Under the pieces are notes generated by a model. It had not been told where the DNA came from and did not search any database. It was given only the letters and a program-made list of their open reading frames with translations. From NCBI GenBank assembly GCA_031429915.1, contig JANPAM010000086.1:1-42727 (forward strand): DNA of 42,727 bases. The letters run 5' to 3'. A program made the position numbers and the translations under genes. The stretch comes from Sphingomonadales bacterium. GTDB taxonomy: Bacteria; Pseudomonadota; Alphaproteobacteria; Sphingomonadales; Sphingomonadaceae. This document shows positions 18,354 through 27,675 of the stretch, one piece after another. Positions within the stretch are counted from its first letter, which is position 1; each line of letters begins with the position of its first letter.

Positions 18354-18919
18354 GACTTTTGCATCTCACGCAAATCTGCGGGGACGTCAATGTCGCGTAG
18401 TTCGGAAGCGGGGGCCGCAATAAGCTTTGCATCGCCGAGCAGTGCTCGCGCGCCGGTATCACCAGATGTCGCGAGCAGCATCGGCCACACATCGCGCGGA
18501 AACAACGCAGGCGGCGTCGGACCGTCGCCAAAGGTTGACGCGATGATCCCTGCCCCTGCGGCCAACAGCTTTTCAATATGCCCGGTGGTGACGAACGGCA
18601 TATCGGCGAGCAACACGAGTATAGCTCCGGCATCGGTCGCCTCAGCCGCCTCGACCGCCAGATGCAACGAGTGCGCCTGGCCGAATTCAGGTTTGTCGTT
18701 GACTATGATCTGAAACCCAGACGCCGAAAAATGCTGCGCCAATGCTGCGCTTTTGCTGCACACAGCGAACCGCCAGCTGAAGGGCATTTCAACAAGCGTT
18801 CGAGCGATGCGTGAGCCCATTGGGCGACCGTCCAGATCGGCCATCAGCTTGTCCGACCCGAACCGCCGCCCCTGCCCCGCCGCGAGCACCGCGACCGCGA
18901 TGTCAGCGTAGGCCGGCAT
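18350..18919 (-). CDS. Molybdenum cofactor cytidylyltransferase-like nucleotidyltransferase (MocA family)
   Basis: Motifs LAAGQGRRFG..KL, GQAHSL, LADMP, PPALF, GDTGAR, DIDVPADL; next to XdhC and a molybdo-hydroxylase. Confidence 0.85.
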   Translation of the reverse strand: MPAYADIAVAVLAAGQGRRFGSDKLMADLDGRPMGSRIARTLVEMPFSWRFAVCSKSAALAQHFSASGFQIIVNDKPEFGQAHSLHLAVEAAEATDAGAILVLLADMPFVTTGHIEKLLAAGAGIIASTFGDGPTPPALFPRDVWPMLLATSGDTGARALLGDAKLIAAPASELRDIDVPADLREMQKS

Positions 18920-19829
18920 TGAATGCCCTGATCATTCCGCCCGCAATCGACAGCGCGATTTCGGGCGCGCTGATCGCGTTGATCGCAACCCCCGCTGGTC
19001 CCTCGATCCGCGCGAGGCGGTCAGCGGACACTCCTGCCGCCGCCAACCGTGATAGCCGCGCGGCATGGCTCGCCTTTGAACCAAGCGCAGCGACATAAGC
19101 GGCCGGGCTGGCAAGCGCCGCGATCAACGCCGGATCGTCGATCTTCGGATCATGGCTCAGTGTGACTACCGCACTCCGGCTGTCGGGCCCGAAAGCTGCC
19201 ACTGCATCGTCGGGCCAGCGATCATCGAGGGTCACGCACGGGAAGCGCTCTTTCGTCAAAAACCGCCCACGCGGGTCGCACAGGGTGATTTCAAATCCTT
19301 GTGAACTGGTAATCGCTGCCAACGATGCGGCAACTTCGACCGCTCCGATAATCAGCAGGCGGCGCGGTGGTGGGTAATGGTTGACGAACCCCGTTTCAAC
19401 GAGTGAACTCAAGCCGGTTTCGAGATCGGTGGCAATGCTCAACGTCTGGCCAGCGGCCCGCGCGTCGATAATCTCCCCGAACAGCTTAGCCGGAAACCCG
19501 GCATCGGAAACTGGCTGCACCAGCACGACGATATCGCCACCGCACGGCAACCCGACCTCCCAAGCCTCACCATCGGCAACACCATACCGCCGCAGAACGG
19601 CGGGTGCGCCCGCGATCACCTCGGCCGCCACATGAAGCACATCACCCTCGACACAGCCGCCCGATACCGAGCCAACGAAGCGCCCGTCCTCATGCACCAG
19701 CATATGCGTGCCGACCGGACAAGGCGCCGACCGCCAAGTCTCGATCACCGTCGCCAGCGCCATCGGCGCGCCAGCCCACTCGCACGCGCTGGCGAGGATA
19801 CGGTCGTGATTGGCGCTGCCGGTTTTCAT
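18903..19829 (-). CDS. XdhC/CoxI family molybdoenzyme maturation factor
   Basis: Motifs TWRSAP, GSVSGGCVEG, VGLPCGG, LSHDPKIDDPAL, YVAALGS, PEIALSI. Confidence 0.93.
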   Translation of the reverse strand: MKTGSANHDRILASACEWAGAPMALATVIETWRSAPCPVGTHMLVHEDGRFVGSVSGGCVEGDVLHVAAEVIAGAPAVLRRYGVADGEAWEVGLPCGGDIVVLVQPVSDAGFPAKLFGEIIDARAAGQTLSIATDLETGLSSLVETGFVNHYPPPRRLLIIGAVEVAASLAAITSSQGFEITLCDPRGRFLTKERFPCVTLDDRWPDDAVAAFGPDSRSAVVTLSHDPKIDDPALIAALASPAAYVAALGSKASHAARLSRLAAAGVSADRLARIEGPAGVAINAISAPEIALSIAGGMIRAFNAGLR

Positions 19830-19892
19830 CGCGTAGGCGCTAGCAAAGACGCAAACGGGTTGCTATATGAAACGTAATTGAGAGGGAACAGC

Positions 19893-20384
19893 ATGGCCAT
19901 CGAAACCACCGTCAACGGCAAATCCGTGTCGATAACCGCCGAGCCGGACACGCCGCTTTTGTGGGCAATCCGCGAGGAGCTTGGCCTGACCGGCACCAAA
20001 TTCGGCTGCGGCGTCGCTGCTTGTGGCGCGTGCACAGTTCATGTGAACGGCGAAGTGGCGCGCTCGTGCAGTCTTCCGGTCAGCGAGGTCGCTGGCAAAT
20101 CGGTGACAACGATCGAAGGCCTGAAATCCGCCAACGGCACCCTGCACAAGGTCCAGCAAGCATGGATCGACGCCCAAGTTCCACAATGCGGTTATTGCCA
20201 GTCGGGGCAGATTATGGCTGCGGTGGCGCTCATCCAGAAAACCGGCAAGCCATCGAACGACCAGATCGACGAGGCGATGACCAATATCTGCCGGTGCGGT
20301 ACCTATCCTCGCATTCGCAAGGCGATTATCGCTGCTACCGGCCAAGCCGCTAGCAATGCGTCCGCACTCGAAGGAGCCGCGTGA
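19893..20384 (+). CDS. [2Fe-2S] small subunit of a molybdo-hydroxylase (isoquinoline 1-oxidoreductase alpha/IorA-like)
   Basis: Motifs [44 protein letters not shown]. Confidence 0.93.
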   Translation: MAIETTVNGKSVSITAEPDTPLLWAIREELGLTGTKFGCGVAACGACTVHVNGEVARSCSLPVSEVAGKSVTTIEGLKSANGTLHKVQQAWIDAQVPQCGYCQSGQIMAAVALIQKTGKPSNDQIDEAMTNICRCGTYPRIRKAIIAATGQAASNASALEGAA

Positions 20385-22627
20385 TGGCCGATAACCCAAC
20401 ACTCGAAATGGAACCCGCCACCCCCGTCAAGCGCAAGGGCGTCAAACGGCGTATGTTCCTCATTGGCGGTGTCGCGGTCGTTGGTGCCGGTCTGTTCGGC
20501 ATCTCGGTGGCCGATAGCAACGCCGCCAAGGATGCAGTAGGGCTGACCACTGGCAAGGGCGAAGCTTCGTTTGCGACCTGGCTCAAGATCGGCGAGGACG
20601 ACACCGTCACCATCTACACCCCGCATACCGATATCGGTCAGGGGTCGAACACAGGCCTCGCACAAATGCTCGCCGAGGAACTGGATGCCGCGTGGGACAA
20701 AGTGAAGATCGTGTCAGCCCCGGCTGAATCGGCGTTTGCGAATGTCGGGCTCGGACGTGGTTTTCTGGCAGACATGACTGGCCAACCCGCGATTATCGAA
20801 GGCATTCCGACGTCGTTCCTGTCGCTGATCGCCCGGTCAATGAACCTGCAAATTACCGGCGGATCGTCGGCTTTGCGCTTTACCGGTCAGAAAACGATGC
20901 AGCTTGTCGGCGCGGCAACGCGGCTCGCGCTGATCGAGACCGCGGCCAAGCGGCTGAAAGTGCCAGCGTCCGAACTGACGACGCAGGAAAGCCGCGTGAT
21001 CCACGCCAATAGCAACAAATCGCTCCGCTACGGCGAACTTGCGACCGAGGCGGCTACGCTCTCGCTCGACAATGACCCCAAGCTAAAGGATCGCAAACAA
21101 TACCGCCTGATGGGGCAATCGATGCAGCGGCTCGACATTCCGGCAAAGGTCGATGGCACCGCGCAATACGGCATCGACTTCACCGTCCCCGACATGCGCG
21201 TGGCGACAATTATGGCGGCACCGGCACGCGGCGGCAAGCTGACCTCGGTCGATGCCGCGCCAGCAATGGCGGTGAAGGGCGTCGAAAAGGTCATCAAGCT
21301 TGATGACGCGGTGGCAGTTTTGGCCAGTGGCTATTGGCCCGCCATTTCCGGCCTCCGCGCGCTTGCTCCGCAATTTAGCGACGGCGGCAATGGCGGAATT
21401 TCAACGGCGTCGATCTTCAAAGCCTATGACGATTTGATTGCCAGAGGGGAACCTGCTGGCGAGAGCGGCGAAGGCGACGTTAAAGTTGCGCTTGGAAAGG
21501 CGCCGGTCGAGGCAAAATATCAGGTGCCCTACCTCCACCACGCGATGATGGAGCCATTCGCGCTCACCGCTCACCACAAGGATGGCAAGCTGAACATCTG
21601 GGGCGGGATGCAGGATCCGCTGGCGTCGAAGATGATGGCGGCCGAGGTGTCGGGTCTGGACGCCGACTCGGTTACCTTCCATCCCATGCTGATCGGCGGT
21701 AGTTTCGGGCGGCGGCTTCCGATGTATATGGAAGTCATTCAACAAGTCACCAAATTGGCGATGCAATTGCCATATCCGGTCAAGCTGATCTGGAGCCGTG
21801 AGGAGGAAATTGCGCAAGGCGCATACCGTCCGCAGAGTGCCGCGTTGCTAAAAGGCACCGTGAACAAGAATGGCCGCATTGCCGCATATCTTAATGACTA
21901 TGCACAGACAGAAAGTGCTGAGGCCGAAACCACGTTCATCTACAACCTGCCCGTTGTTGCGCGGCGGCATTACGAGCATCCTTCGAACCAGATCACGGGC
22001 GCGTGGCGCTCGGTCAATTCGACCCAGCAGGGCTTTTATAACGAGAGCTTTATGGACGAGCTGGCGCATTCGGCTGGTATCAATCCGGTCGAATTTCGCC
22101 GCAACCATCTGAAGGCTGGTTCGCGGCATTTAGCTGTTCTGGACACAGTGGCGCAGCGAAGCGGGTGGGGTACGCCTTTACCCGAAGGCGTCGGACGCGG
22201 CGTTGCCATTGTCGAGAGTTTCAAAACCATCGTCGCTCATGTCATTGAGGCGTCGGTAAAAGAAGACGGCACGCAAAAGGTCCACAAGATATTCACCGTT
22301 GTCGATTGCGGGATGACGGTTAACCCGAATGCAGCGATGGCTCAGATCGAAGGCGGCACAATCATGGGGTTGTCGTCGGCGATGGGCGAGGCAATCACGC
22401 TCGACAAAGGCGCGGTGCAGCAGACCAATTTCACCGACTATCCCATTGCAAAAATGGCTGACACCCCGCCCGAGCATGACATTCACTTCATCGACAGCGG
22501 CGCGCCGATGGGCGGCATCGGCGAACCCGGCGTCCCGCCAGCGGCTCCGGCACTGACCAATGCCTTGTTTGCAGCGACCGGCAAGCGGATCAGGACGCTG
22601 CCGATATTGACGCAGGCGAAGGTCTAA
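20384..22627 (+). CDS. Molybdopterin-binding large subunit (isoquinoline 1-oxidoreductase beta/IorB-like)
   Basis: KRRMFL Tat-like motif plus a hydrophobic stretch; DIGQG..T, QITGGSS, GGSFGRR, GAWRSV, AQIEGG, GGIGEPG; overlaps the small-subunit stop codon. Confidence 0.93.
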   Translation: MADNPTLEMEPATPVKRKGVKRRMFLIGGVAVVGAGLFGISVADSNAAKDAVGLTTGKGEASFATWLKIGEDDTVTIYTPHTDIGQGSNTGLAQMLAEELDAAWDKVKIVSAPAESAFANVGLGRGFLADMTGQPAIIEGIPTSFLSLIARSMNLQITGGSSALRFTGQKTMQLVGAATRLALIETAAKRLKVPASELTTQESRVIHANSNKSLRYGELATEAATLSLDNDPKLKDRKQYRLMGQSMQRLDIPAKVDGTAQYGIDFTVPDMRVATIMAAPARGGKLTSVDAAPAMAVKGVEKVIKLDDAVAVLASGYWPAISGLRALAPQFSDGGNGGISTASIFKAYDDLIARGEPAGESGEGDVKVALGKAPVEAKYQVPYLHHAMMEPFALTAHHKDGKLNIWGGMQDPLASKMMAAEVSGLDADSVTFHPMLIGGSFGRRLPMYMEVIQQVTKLAMQLPYPVKLIWSREEEIAQGAYRPQSAALLKGTVNKNGRIAAYLNDYAQTESAEAETTFIYNLPVVARRHYEHPSNQITGAWRSVNSTQQGFYNESFMDELAHSAGINPVEFRRNHLKAGSRHLAVLDTVAQRSGWGTPLPEGVGRGVAIVESFKTIVAHVIEASVKEDGTQKVHKIFTVVDCGMTVNPNAAMAQIEGGTIMGLSSAMGEAITLDKGAVQQTNFTDYPIAKMADTPPEHDIHFIDSGAPMGGIGEPGVPPAAPALTNALFAATGKRIRTLPILTQAKV

Positions 22628-22628
22628 T

Positions 22629-23225
22629 TTGCCGCAAGCAAAGCTGCTGGCCCGGACCGATAATCTGGACGCTGCCGAAACACTCGCGCGGGCGTTCCAG
22701 AACGAGAGCGGGTGGAGCTATGTCATCCCCGACCCCAAGCAACGCGCGCAACGGCTGGTCGGCGCGTTCCATTTGTTCCTGCGCGACGAGCACCGCAAAG
22801 GCGCGGTCTTTGGCACTGACGGGTTTGAGGCGGTCACTTTATGGCGCGGGCCTGGCCAAGCGCATGATAGCATTTGGGACACCGCGCGGCTGATCATGCC
22901 ATTCGTCCAGACGCTTCGTTATTCAATCTTCCGCGGGCTTGAGGTCGCCGGCTTGATCGAAAAACATCTGCCTAGAGAACCGTTCTGGTATCTGCATTAC
23001 GCCGGATGCGACCCTTCGTTTCAAGGCCAAGGCTTCGGCGGCGCCGCTATCCGCGCAGGGCTGGAGCGCGCAGACCAAGACGGATTACCAGCGTATCTCG
23101 AAACCGCAGACGAGCACAATGTGCCACTTTATCAGAACTTCGGATTTCAGGTGAAGCATAGCTGGCATGTCCCCGAAGGCCCGCAATTCTGGGGAATGCA
23201 GCGGCCGGGGAAAACGCGGCACTAG
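22629..23225 (+). CDS. GNAT family N-acetyltransferase
   Basis: Motifs WYLHYAGCDPSFQGQGFG, PAYLET, NVPLYQNFGF; TTG start 1 nt after the upstream stop. Confidence 0.85.
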   Translation: MPQAKLLARTDNLDAAETLARAFQNESGWSYVIPDPKQRAQRLVGAFHLFLRDEHRKGAVFGTDGFEAVTLWRGPGQAHDSIWDTARLIMPFVQTLRYSIFRGLEVAGLIEKHLPREPFWYLHYAGCDPSFQGQGFGGAAIRAGLERADQDGLPAYLETADEHNVPLYQNFGFQVKHSWHVPEGPQFWGMQRPGKTRH

Positions 23226-23392
23226 GTAGCTAGGGGACCTCATTGTTCTGAAACGAAGATGGGATAACACGCCGAGTGTGAACCTTCCGCCGCACCGGAT
23301 AGGGACAAGCCAAGCTGTAAGCGTCATGGCGTTTCCAAGCATCGAACTTCTCTGCGCAATCTTTCCCATTGCACACTGGCCACCCGCCCGCT

Positions 23393-23418
23393 GGAACAAG
23401 CCACACCCTCCAGATGTT
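23393..23418 (+). promoter_or_regulatory. EcfG-type promoter for the DUF1206 gene
   Basis: GGAAC-N17-TGTT, one mismatch to GGAAC-N17-CGTT, just upstream of an AAGGAGG RBS. Confidence 0.55.
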
Positions 23419-23446
23419 GTTAGCAATATCGCATAAGGAGGAATTC

Positions 23447-24244
23447 ATGGTCGACACCGCTGCCCAACTGACAACTTTGACCAGATTGGGCTTTGCGGCC
23501 CGTGGGCTGATCTATCTTGTTATCGCATACCTGATCCTGTCCACCGGGCGCGCTGAAGATCCGCAGGGAGCGCTCGAATATCTGGGCCAAGGTGGCGGCC
23601 GCATTTTGCTGATCATCATGACGCTTGGCTTGCTGGCTTACGGTCTCTGGCGGCTGGCCGACGCGGCATTCAATATCGAACGACACGAAGACGGCAAATC
23701 AGGGCTCACCGAGCGGCTGGGCGCTGCTGGTAGCGGCATAGTCCATCTGTTGCTCGCGTGGCAGGCGATCAAGATTATTCAGGGTACCGGCAATTCGGGC
23801 GGAGACGGCACTCAGGAAAGCGCTCAATCGGTGCTGCAGTTGCCTGGTGGCAGCGTGATGCTCCTAGCTGGTGGCGCAGTGTTGCTCGGTGTGGGGCTGT
23901 TTCAGCTTCTTAAAGCTGCAAAGGGCAGCTTTCTCAAGCATTTGGAACCAGCGATAGCCGCGCAACCTTGGGCAAAGTGGAGCGGTCGATTTGGATATGC
24001 GGCACGCGGGCTGGTATTTATTATCACTGGCTTCTTCCTTGTCAGCGCGGGTTTAACCGAAGAGGCGAGCGAGGCCGGAGATATGTCGGCGGCCTTAGCT
24101 TGGCTTACCAATCCTTGGGATACGATCGTTGCCCTGGGTTTCTTTGCATTCGGATTGTTCAGTCTTATTGAAGCCAGATATCGTATATTACACCAGGTTC
24201 CTGTCCAAAACATCGGCCAGCGAGTAAAATCCAAATTTTCGTAA
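23447..24244 (+). CDS. DUF1206 domain membrane protein
   Basis: Repeated R.G.AARG..Y units (RLGFAARGLIY, RLGAAGSGIVH, RFGYAARGLVF) and an ending EARYR. Confidence 0.85.
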   Translation: MVDTAAQLTTLTRLGFAARGLIYLVIAYLILSTGRAEDPQGALEYLGQGGGRILLIIMTLGLLAYGLWRLADAAFNIERHEDGKSGLTERLGAAGSGIVHLLLAWQAIKIIQGTGNSGGDGTQESAQSVLQLPGGSVMLLAGGAVLLGVGLFQLLKAAKGSFLKHLEPAIAAQPWAKWSGRFGYAARGLVFIITGFFLVSAGLTEEASEAGDMSAALAWLTNPWDTIVALGFFAFGLFSLIEARYRILHQVPVQNIGQRVKSKFS

Positions 24245-24281
24245 CGAAGTTTTCGCCCGATGATTTAGGATAATTAAGCGT

Positions 24282-24321
24282 AAAAAAAGAGCCCGGTCAG
24301 TCGAACTGCCGGGCTCTTTTT
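24282..24321. terminator. Bidirectional rho-independent terminator
   Basis: AAAAAAAGAGCCCGG-TCAGTCGAACTG-CCGGGCTCTTTTT between convergent genes. Confidence 0.9.
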
Positions 24322-24336
24322 GTTAGTGAGCTTTGC

Positions 24337-24675
24337 TTACTTGGTCTGGGTTAACCGTTGGCGAGCAACCTGCTGAGCCAGCGCCGCTGAACCGCTTGTC
24401 GCATTGCAAGCAGCATCACCGGCTTTACGTTGAGCCGCAAGTAGCGCAACAGTCGTTCCACACACATTTGCAGCTACGCTAATTGGCACCTGTGCTGTGA
24501 TTGGAACGTTCAGATTGTTAAGCGCCGCAATCTGCGTGTCATTCAGGAAGTCGTTCAAAATCGTCACATCCTGAACAGTGACATTGACCAGTCCCTGCGA
24601 GTTTCCAACTTGGGCAATTGAGGGAGTAGCTACTGCCGTGGCTGCCAACATGGTGGCAAAAACAAACTTACGCAT
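24337..24675 (-). CDS. Small secreted hypothetical protein (two Cys, V/N/Q/A-rich, chaplin-like motif)
   Basis: AGGAG RBS, Sec signal MRKFVFATMLAATAVATPSIA, 112 aa, own terminator. Confidence 0.8.
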   Translation of the reverse strand: MRKFVFATMLAATAVATPSIAQVGNSQGLVNVTVQDVTILNDFLNDTQIAALNNLNVPITAQVPISVAANVCGTTVALLAAQRKAGDAACNATSGSAALAQQVARQRLTQTK

Positions 24676-24832
24676 CTTTATTCTCCTAGTATATTGGACC
24701 AATTTTTTCGGTCCGGTGCGACCCGATCATGGGACCGCAACACAACTATCGCAGTTTAAAAACGGCCATTAACCGCTGTTCACCTAGGTTAAATTGCCCC
24801 GCGGTTGCGACGAGCTAATGTAAAAACGCGCC

Positions 24833-24861
24833 TTGCCCTTTAAGAATTTCCAACCTAGATG
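24833..24861 (+). promoter_or_regulatory. Sigma70-type promoter of the riboswitch-btuB transcript
   Basis: TTGCCC-N17-TAGATG immediately 5' of the aptamer. Confidence 0.55.
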
Positions 24862-24870
24862 CCCGCCCAC

Positions 24871-25060
24871 GCAACGGGTCTTTGTGAAAGCAAGGATAAT
24901 AGGGAATGTGGTGCGGCTTTGGGATAATCCTCAAGCTTAATCCACAACTGCTCCCGCAACTGTAACCGGCGAGTTCGCGCCCCATATGCCACTGGAGAAA
25001 TCCGGGAAGGCGGGACGCACCTGAACGTTGACCCGGAAGTCAGGAGACCTGCCCGCCTGC
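24871..25060 (+). ncRNA. Cobalamin riboswitch
   Basis: Conserved blocks AATAGGGAA-TGTGGTG, AATCC...CTGCTCCCGCAACTGTAA, GCCACTG...GGGAAGGC and the B12 box AAGTCAGGAGACCTGCC upstream of a TonB-dependent receptor. Confidence 0.95.
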
Positions 25061-25185
25061 GGTCGTTTTTCTACACGGGCGGGATGCACCGGGTGGACGG
25101 AGTTGGGCGGGGCGGTGCTTTGGGCAGCGCTGTGACTGACCTTCGCATGACGGCGAATTTGAACCGTTATGTGAAGGAGTATTTT

Positions 25186-27033
25186 GTGAACTATCTTAAA
25201 TTTGCCGGTGCGGCATTGGCGATTTTGCCAGCGACGGCCTTTGCTCAAGATGCCGAAGACGACATCGTTGTTACCGCCAGCGGTTTTGAACAGCCTCGTT
25301 CTGAAACCGGACAGGCCATCACCGTCATCGACAGTGACCGGCTGGAGGAATTGCAAGCGGTGTCGATTGCCGATGCCCTTCGGCTGTTGCCCTCGGTTGC
25401 GGTTGCCCAGCGCGGGCCCGTCGGCAGCCAGACCAGCGTCTTCATTCGCGGCGGCAACAGTTCGCAGACGTTGGTGCTGGTTGACGGTGTCCGGATCAAC
25501 GACCTGACAGCACCCAACGGCGCATTCGATTTTGGCGCACTGCTGACCGGCAATATCGGGCGTGTCGAAGTATTACGCGGGCCAAACTCGGTCATCTGGG
25601 GCAGTCAGGCAATCGGCGGGGTCATTAACGTCCAGTCGATTGCGCCGACTGAAGGCTTAACGGTCAACGCGGGCGCTGAATATGGCTATGCCGATAGCGT
25701 GAAAGCCAGCGCCAACCTGTCGGGCACAAGCGGCATATTCGAAGGCAGCGTCGGCGGGGCTTATTACCACAGCGACGGCATTTCGGCATTGTCGGGAGGG
25801 ACCGAGAAAGACGGCTTTGAAAATGCCGCCGCCAATGGCCGGTTGAAGATCAATCTATCGGACGCCTTCAGCCTCGATTTTCGTGGCTATTATAACCGCA
25901 GCATGATCGAATTTGACTCGGCCTTTGGCGTGGGCGCTAACGCCCTACCGGTGTCGCGTAACCAGCAATTCGTCGGCTACGTCGGCGCGAATCTCGATCT
26001 GCTGGATGGCCGCTGGCAAAATCGGGTAGCCTACACCCGCACTGACATCAGCCGCGTTGGCACCGATCTGGTCGTGTTCAGCTTCAACAATTTCGATGTC
26101 AAAGGCACGGTTGACCGAGTGGAATATCACAGCGCATTCGATGTGGCGGAAGCGGTGACTTTGGTTTTTGGTGCGGAGCATGAGCGGACGTTCGCGAGCA
26201 CTTCGTTCGAAGGCGCGCCCGCCGATGTCGCGCGCAACAAGGTAACCAGCGGTTTTGCCCAGTTGATCCTGCGTCCGGTTATAGGGCTAACGCTGACCGG
26301 CGGCGTGCGGCATGATGATTACAGCGATTATGGCGGCCAGACGACGCTGGGTGGCAACATTGCCTATACCCCGAACAACGGTCGGACGGTGTTGCGCGCG
26401 ACCTACGGCGAAGGTTTTCGTGCACCTACTCTCGTCGAGGGGCAGCCGCCCTTCGGCAACCCCAACCTTCGCCCCGAGACCGCCCGCAATTTCGATCTGG
26501 GTGTCGAGCACGCATTTCTGGACGACAAAGCCCGCGTGTTTGCGACTTACTTCACCCGGCGAAGCACCGATCTGATTGCGTTTTCCTTTACCAGCTTTCA
26601 GTCGGAGAATATCGAGCAGGTAAAGACGCAAGGGTTTGAGGCTGGCTTTACGCTGAACCCGACCAACCAGCTCGATATTCGCGCGAGCTATTCGCTGGTC
26701 GATGCGATCAATCGGTCGGCAGGAGCAAATTTTGGCAACCGGCTGGCGCTTCGGCCGCAGCACAGCGCGAATATGACCGTCGACTGGCAAACGCCGTTCG
26801 GCGCGGCGCTCGGCGCGACCGTGCTAATGGTTGGCGACAGCTTCGACGACGCATCGAACAGCGTTAGACTCGATGGCTATATGCTCTTCGCTCTGCGCGC
26901 ATCGCTACCGGTAACCGATGCGCTTGAGGTTTACGCCCGCGTCGATAATCTGCTCGATGAGGAGTATGTTACCGTCGCTCGCTACAACACTTTTGGCCGC
27001 AACGCGCATGTTGGGGTCAGGGCCAAGTTTTGA
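25186..27033 (+). CDS. btuB: TonB-dependent vitamin B12 receptor
   Basis: GTG start after an AAGGAG RBS; DIVVTASG, FIRGGNSSQTLVLVDGVRIND, VEVLRGPNSVIWGSQAIGGV; C-terminal Phe; lies downstream of the cobalamin riboswitch. Confidence 0.88.
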   Translation: MNYLKFAGAALAILPATAFAQDAEDDIVVTASGFEQPRSETGQAITVIDSDRLEELQAVSIADALRLLPSVAVAQRGPVGSQTSVFIRGGNSSQTLVLVDGVRINDLTAPNGAFDFGALLTGNIGRVEVLRGPNSVIWGSQAIGGVINVQSIAPTEGLTVNAGAEYGYADSVKASANLSGTSGIFEGSVGGAYYHSDGISALSGGTEKDGFENAAANGRLKINLSDAFSLDFRGYYNRSMIEFDSAFGVGANALPVSRNQQFVGYVGANLDLLDGRWQNRVAYTRTDISRVGTDLVVFSFNNFDVKGTVDRVEYHSAFDVAEAVTLVFGAEHERTFASTSFEGAPADVARNKVTSGFAQLILRPVIGLTLTGGVRHDDYSDYGGQTTLGGNIAYTPNNGRTVLRATYGEGFRAPTLVEGQPPFGNPNLRPETARNFDLGVEHAFLDDKARVFATYFTRRSTDLIAFSFTSFQSENIEQVKTQGFEAGFTLNPTNQLDIRASYSLVDAINRSAGANFGNRLALRPQHSANMTVDWQTPFGAALGATVLMVGDSFDDASNSVRLDGYMLFALRASLPVTDALEVYARVDNLLDEEYVTVARYNTFGRNAHVGVRAKF

Positions 27034-27082
27034 TAAATTGCCTTTGCAAACGAACACCGATAGACGTGAAAGGATGACCTTT

Positions 27083-27616
27083 ATGACATCACCAAAATCG
27101 AATGCTGGACAAGCCGTCTGGCCGGTCTCGCTCGGGCTAAGCACCGTGATCGGCAGCCTGCTGCTCGCCTGCGTGTTTCCGTTTGCAAGTTTCGCGGCGC
27201 TGGCCGCATTGACCATGACTCCGCGTCGTGGCCTCATGCTAGTGACGGCGGCCTGGGCGCTCAATCAGGCAACCGGATTTTTCCTGATGTCGTTTCCGTG
27301 GGACGCGCAGGCTGTGGGTCACGGCATTGCGATATTGGCGGCAACGCTGGCGGCGACTATGATAGCGCGGCTTGTGGTCGATAATATGCGTGGAGCCGTG
27401 GCATTGCGCGCGGGGGCGGCCCTATTGGCAGCTTTTGTCGTGCACCAGATTTTGCTGCGCGCTTATGCCAGCATTGGCGGAGGCTCCGAAAACTTCTCGG
27501 CAGAAATCATCACTGGCGTCGCGGTCAATGATGCCATCTGGTTTACCGGGCTGATGCTGCTTCGTGCCGTAATCGCACGGTTGACCGGCGAAAGGGCATT
27601 GCCAGCAACAGCTTGA
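27083..27616 (+). CDS. Hypothetical polytopic membrane protein (candidate cobalamin transporter component)
   Basis: 177 aa with about 6 hydrophobic segments, GAAAGGA RBS, 49 bp after btuB. Confidence 0.7.
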   Translation: MTSPKSNAGQAVWPVSLGLSTVIGSLLLACVFPFASFAALAALTMTPRRGLMLVTAAWALNQATGFFLMSFPWDAQAVGHGIAILAATLAATMIARLVVDNMRGAVALRAGAALLAAFVVHQILLRAYASIGGGSENFSAEIITGVAVNDAIWFTGLMLLRAVIARLTGERALPATA

Positions 27617-27675
27617 CGACTCGCTGCGGCGGGGAGAGAAGGACCGCCGTCCCTCCCCCGCTACAGGATCGTTCA

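Noticed and set aside
19841-19865. TAGCAA-N13-TTGCTA inverted repeat between xdhC and the 2Fe-2S gene
   Set aside because: More simply explained as the -10 regions of two divergent promoters; no cognate regulator can be assigned.
23230-23457. 75-aa minus-strand ORF between the GNAT and DUF1206 genes
   Set aside because: No clear RBS or motif, and it overlaps the DUF1206 promoter and start; it could be a remnant but is unsupported.
24750-24795. CtrA binding sites upstream of the small secreted protein gene
   Set aside because: The TTAA half-sites are spaced 6 or 9 nt apart rather than the TTAA-N7-TTAA consensus.
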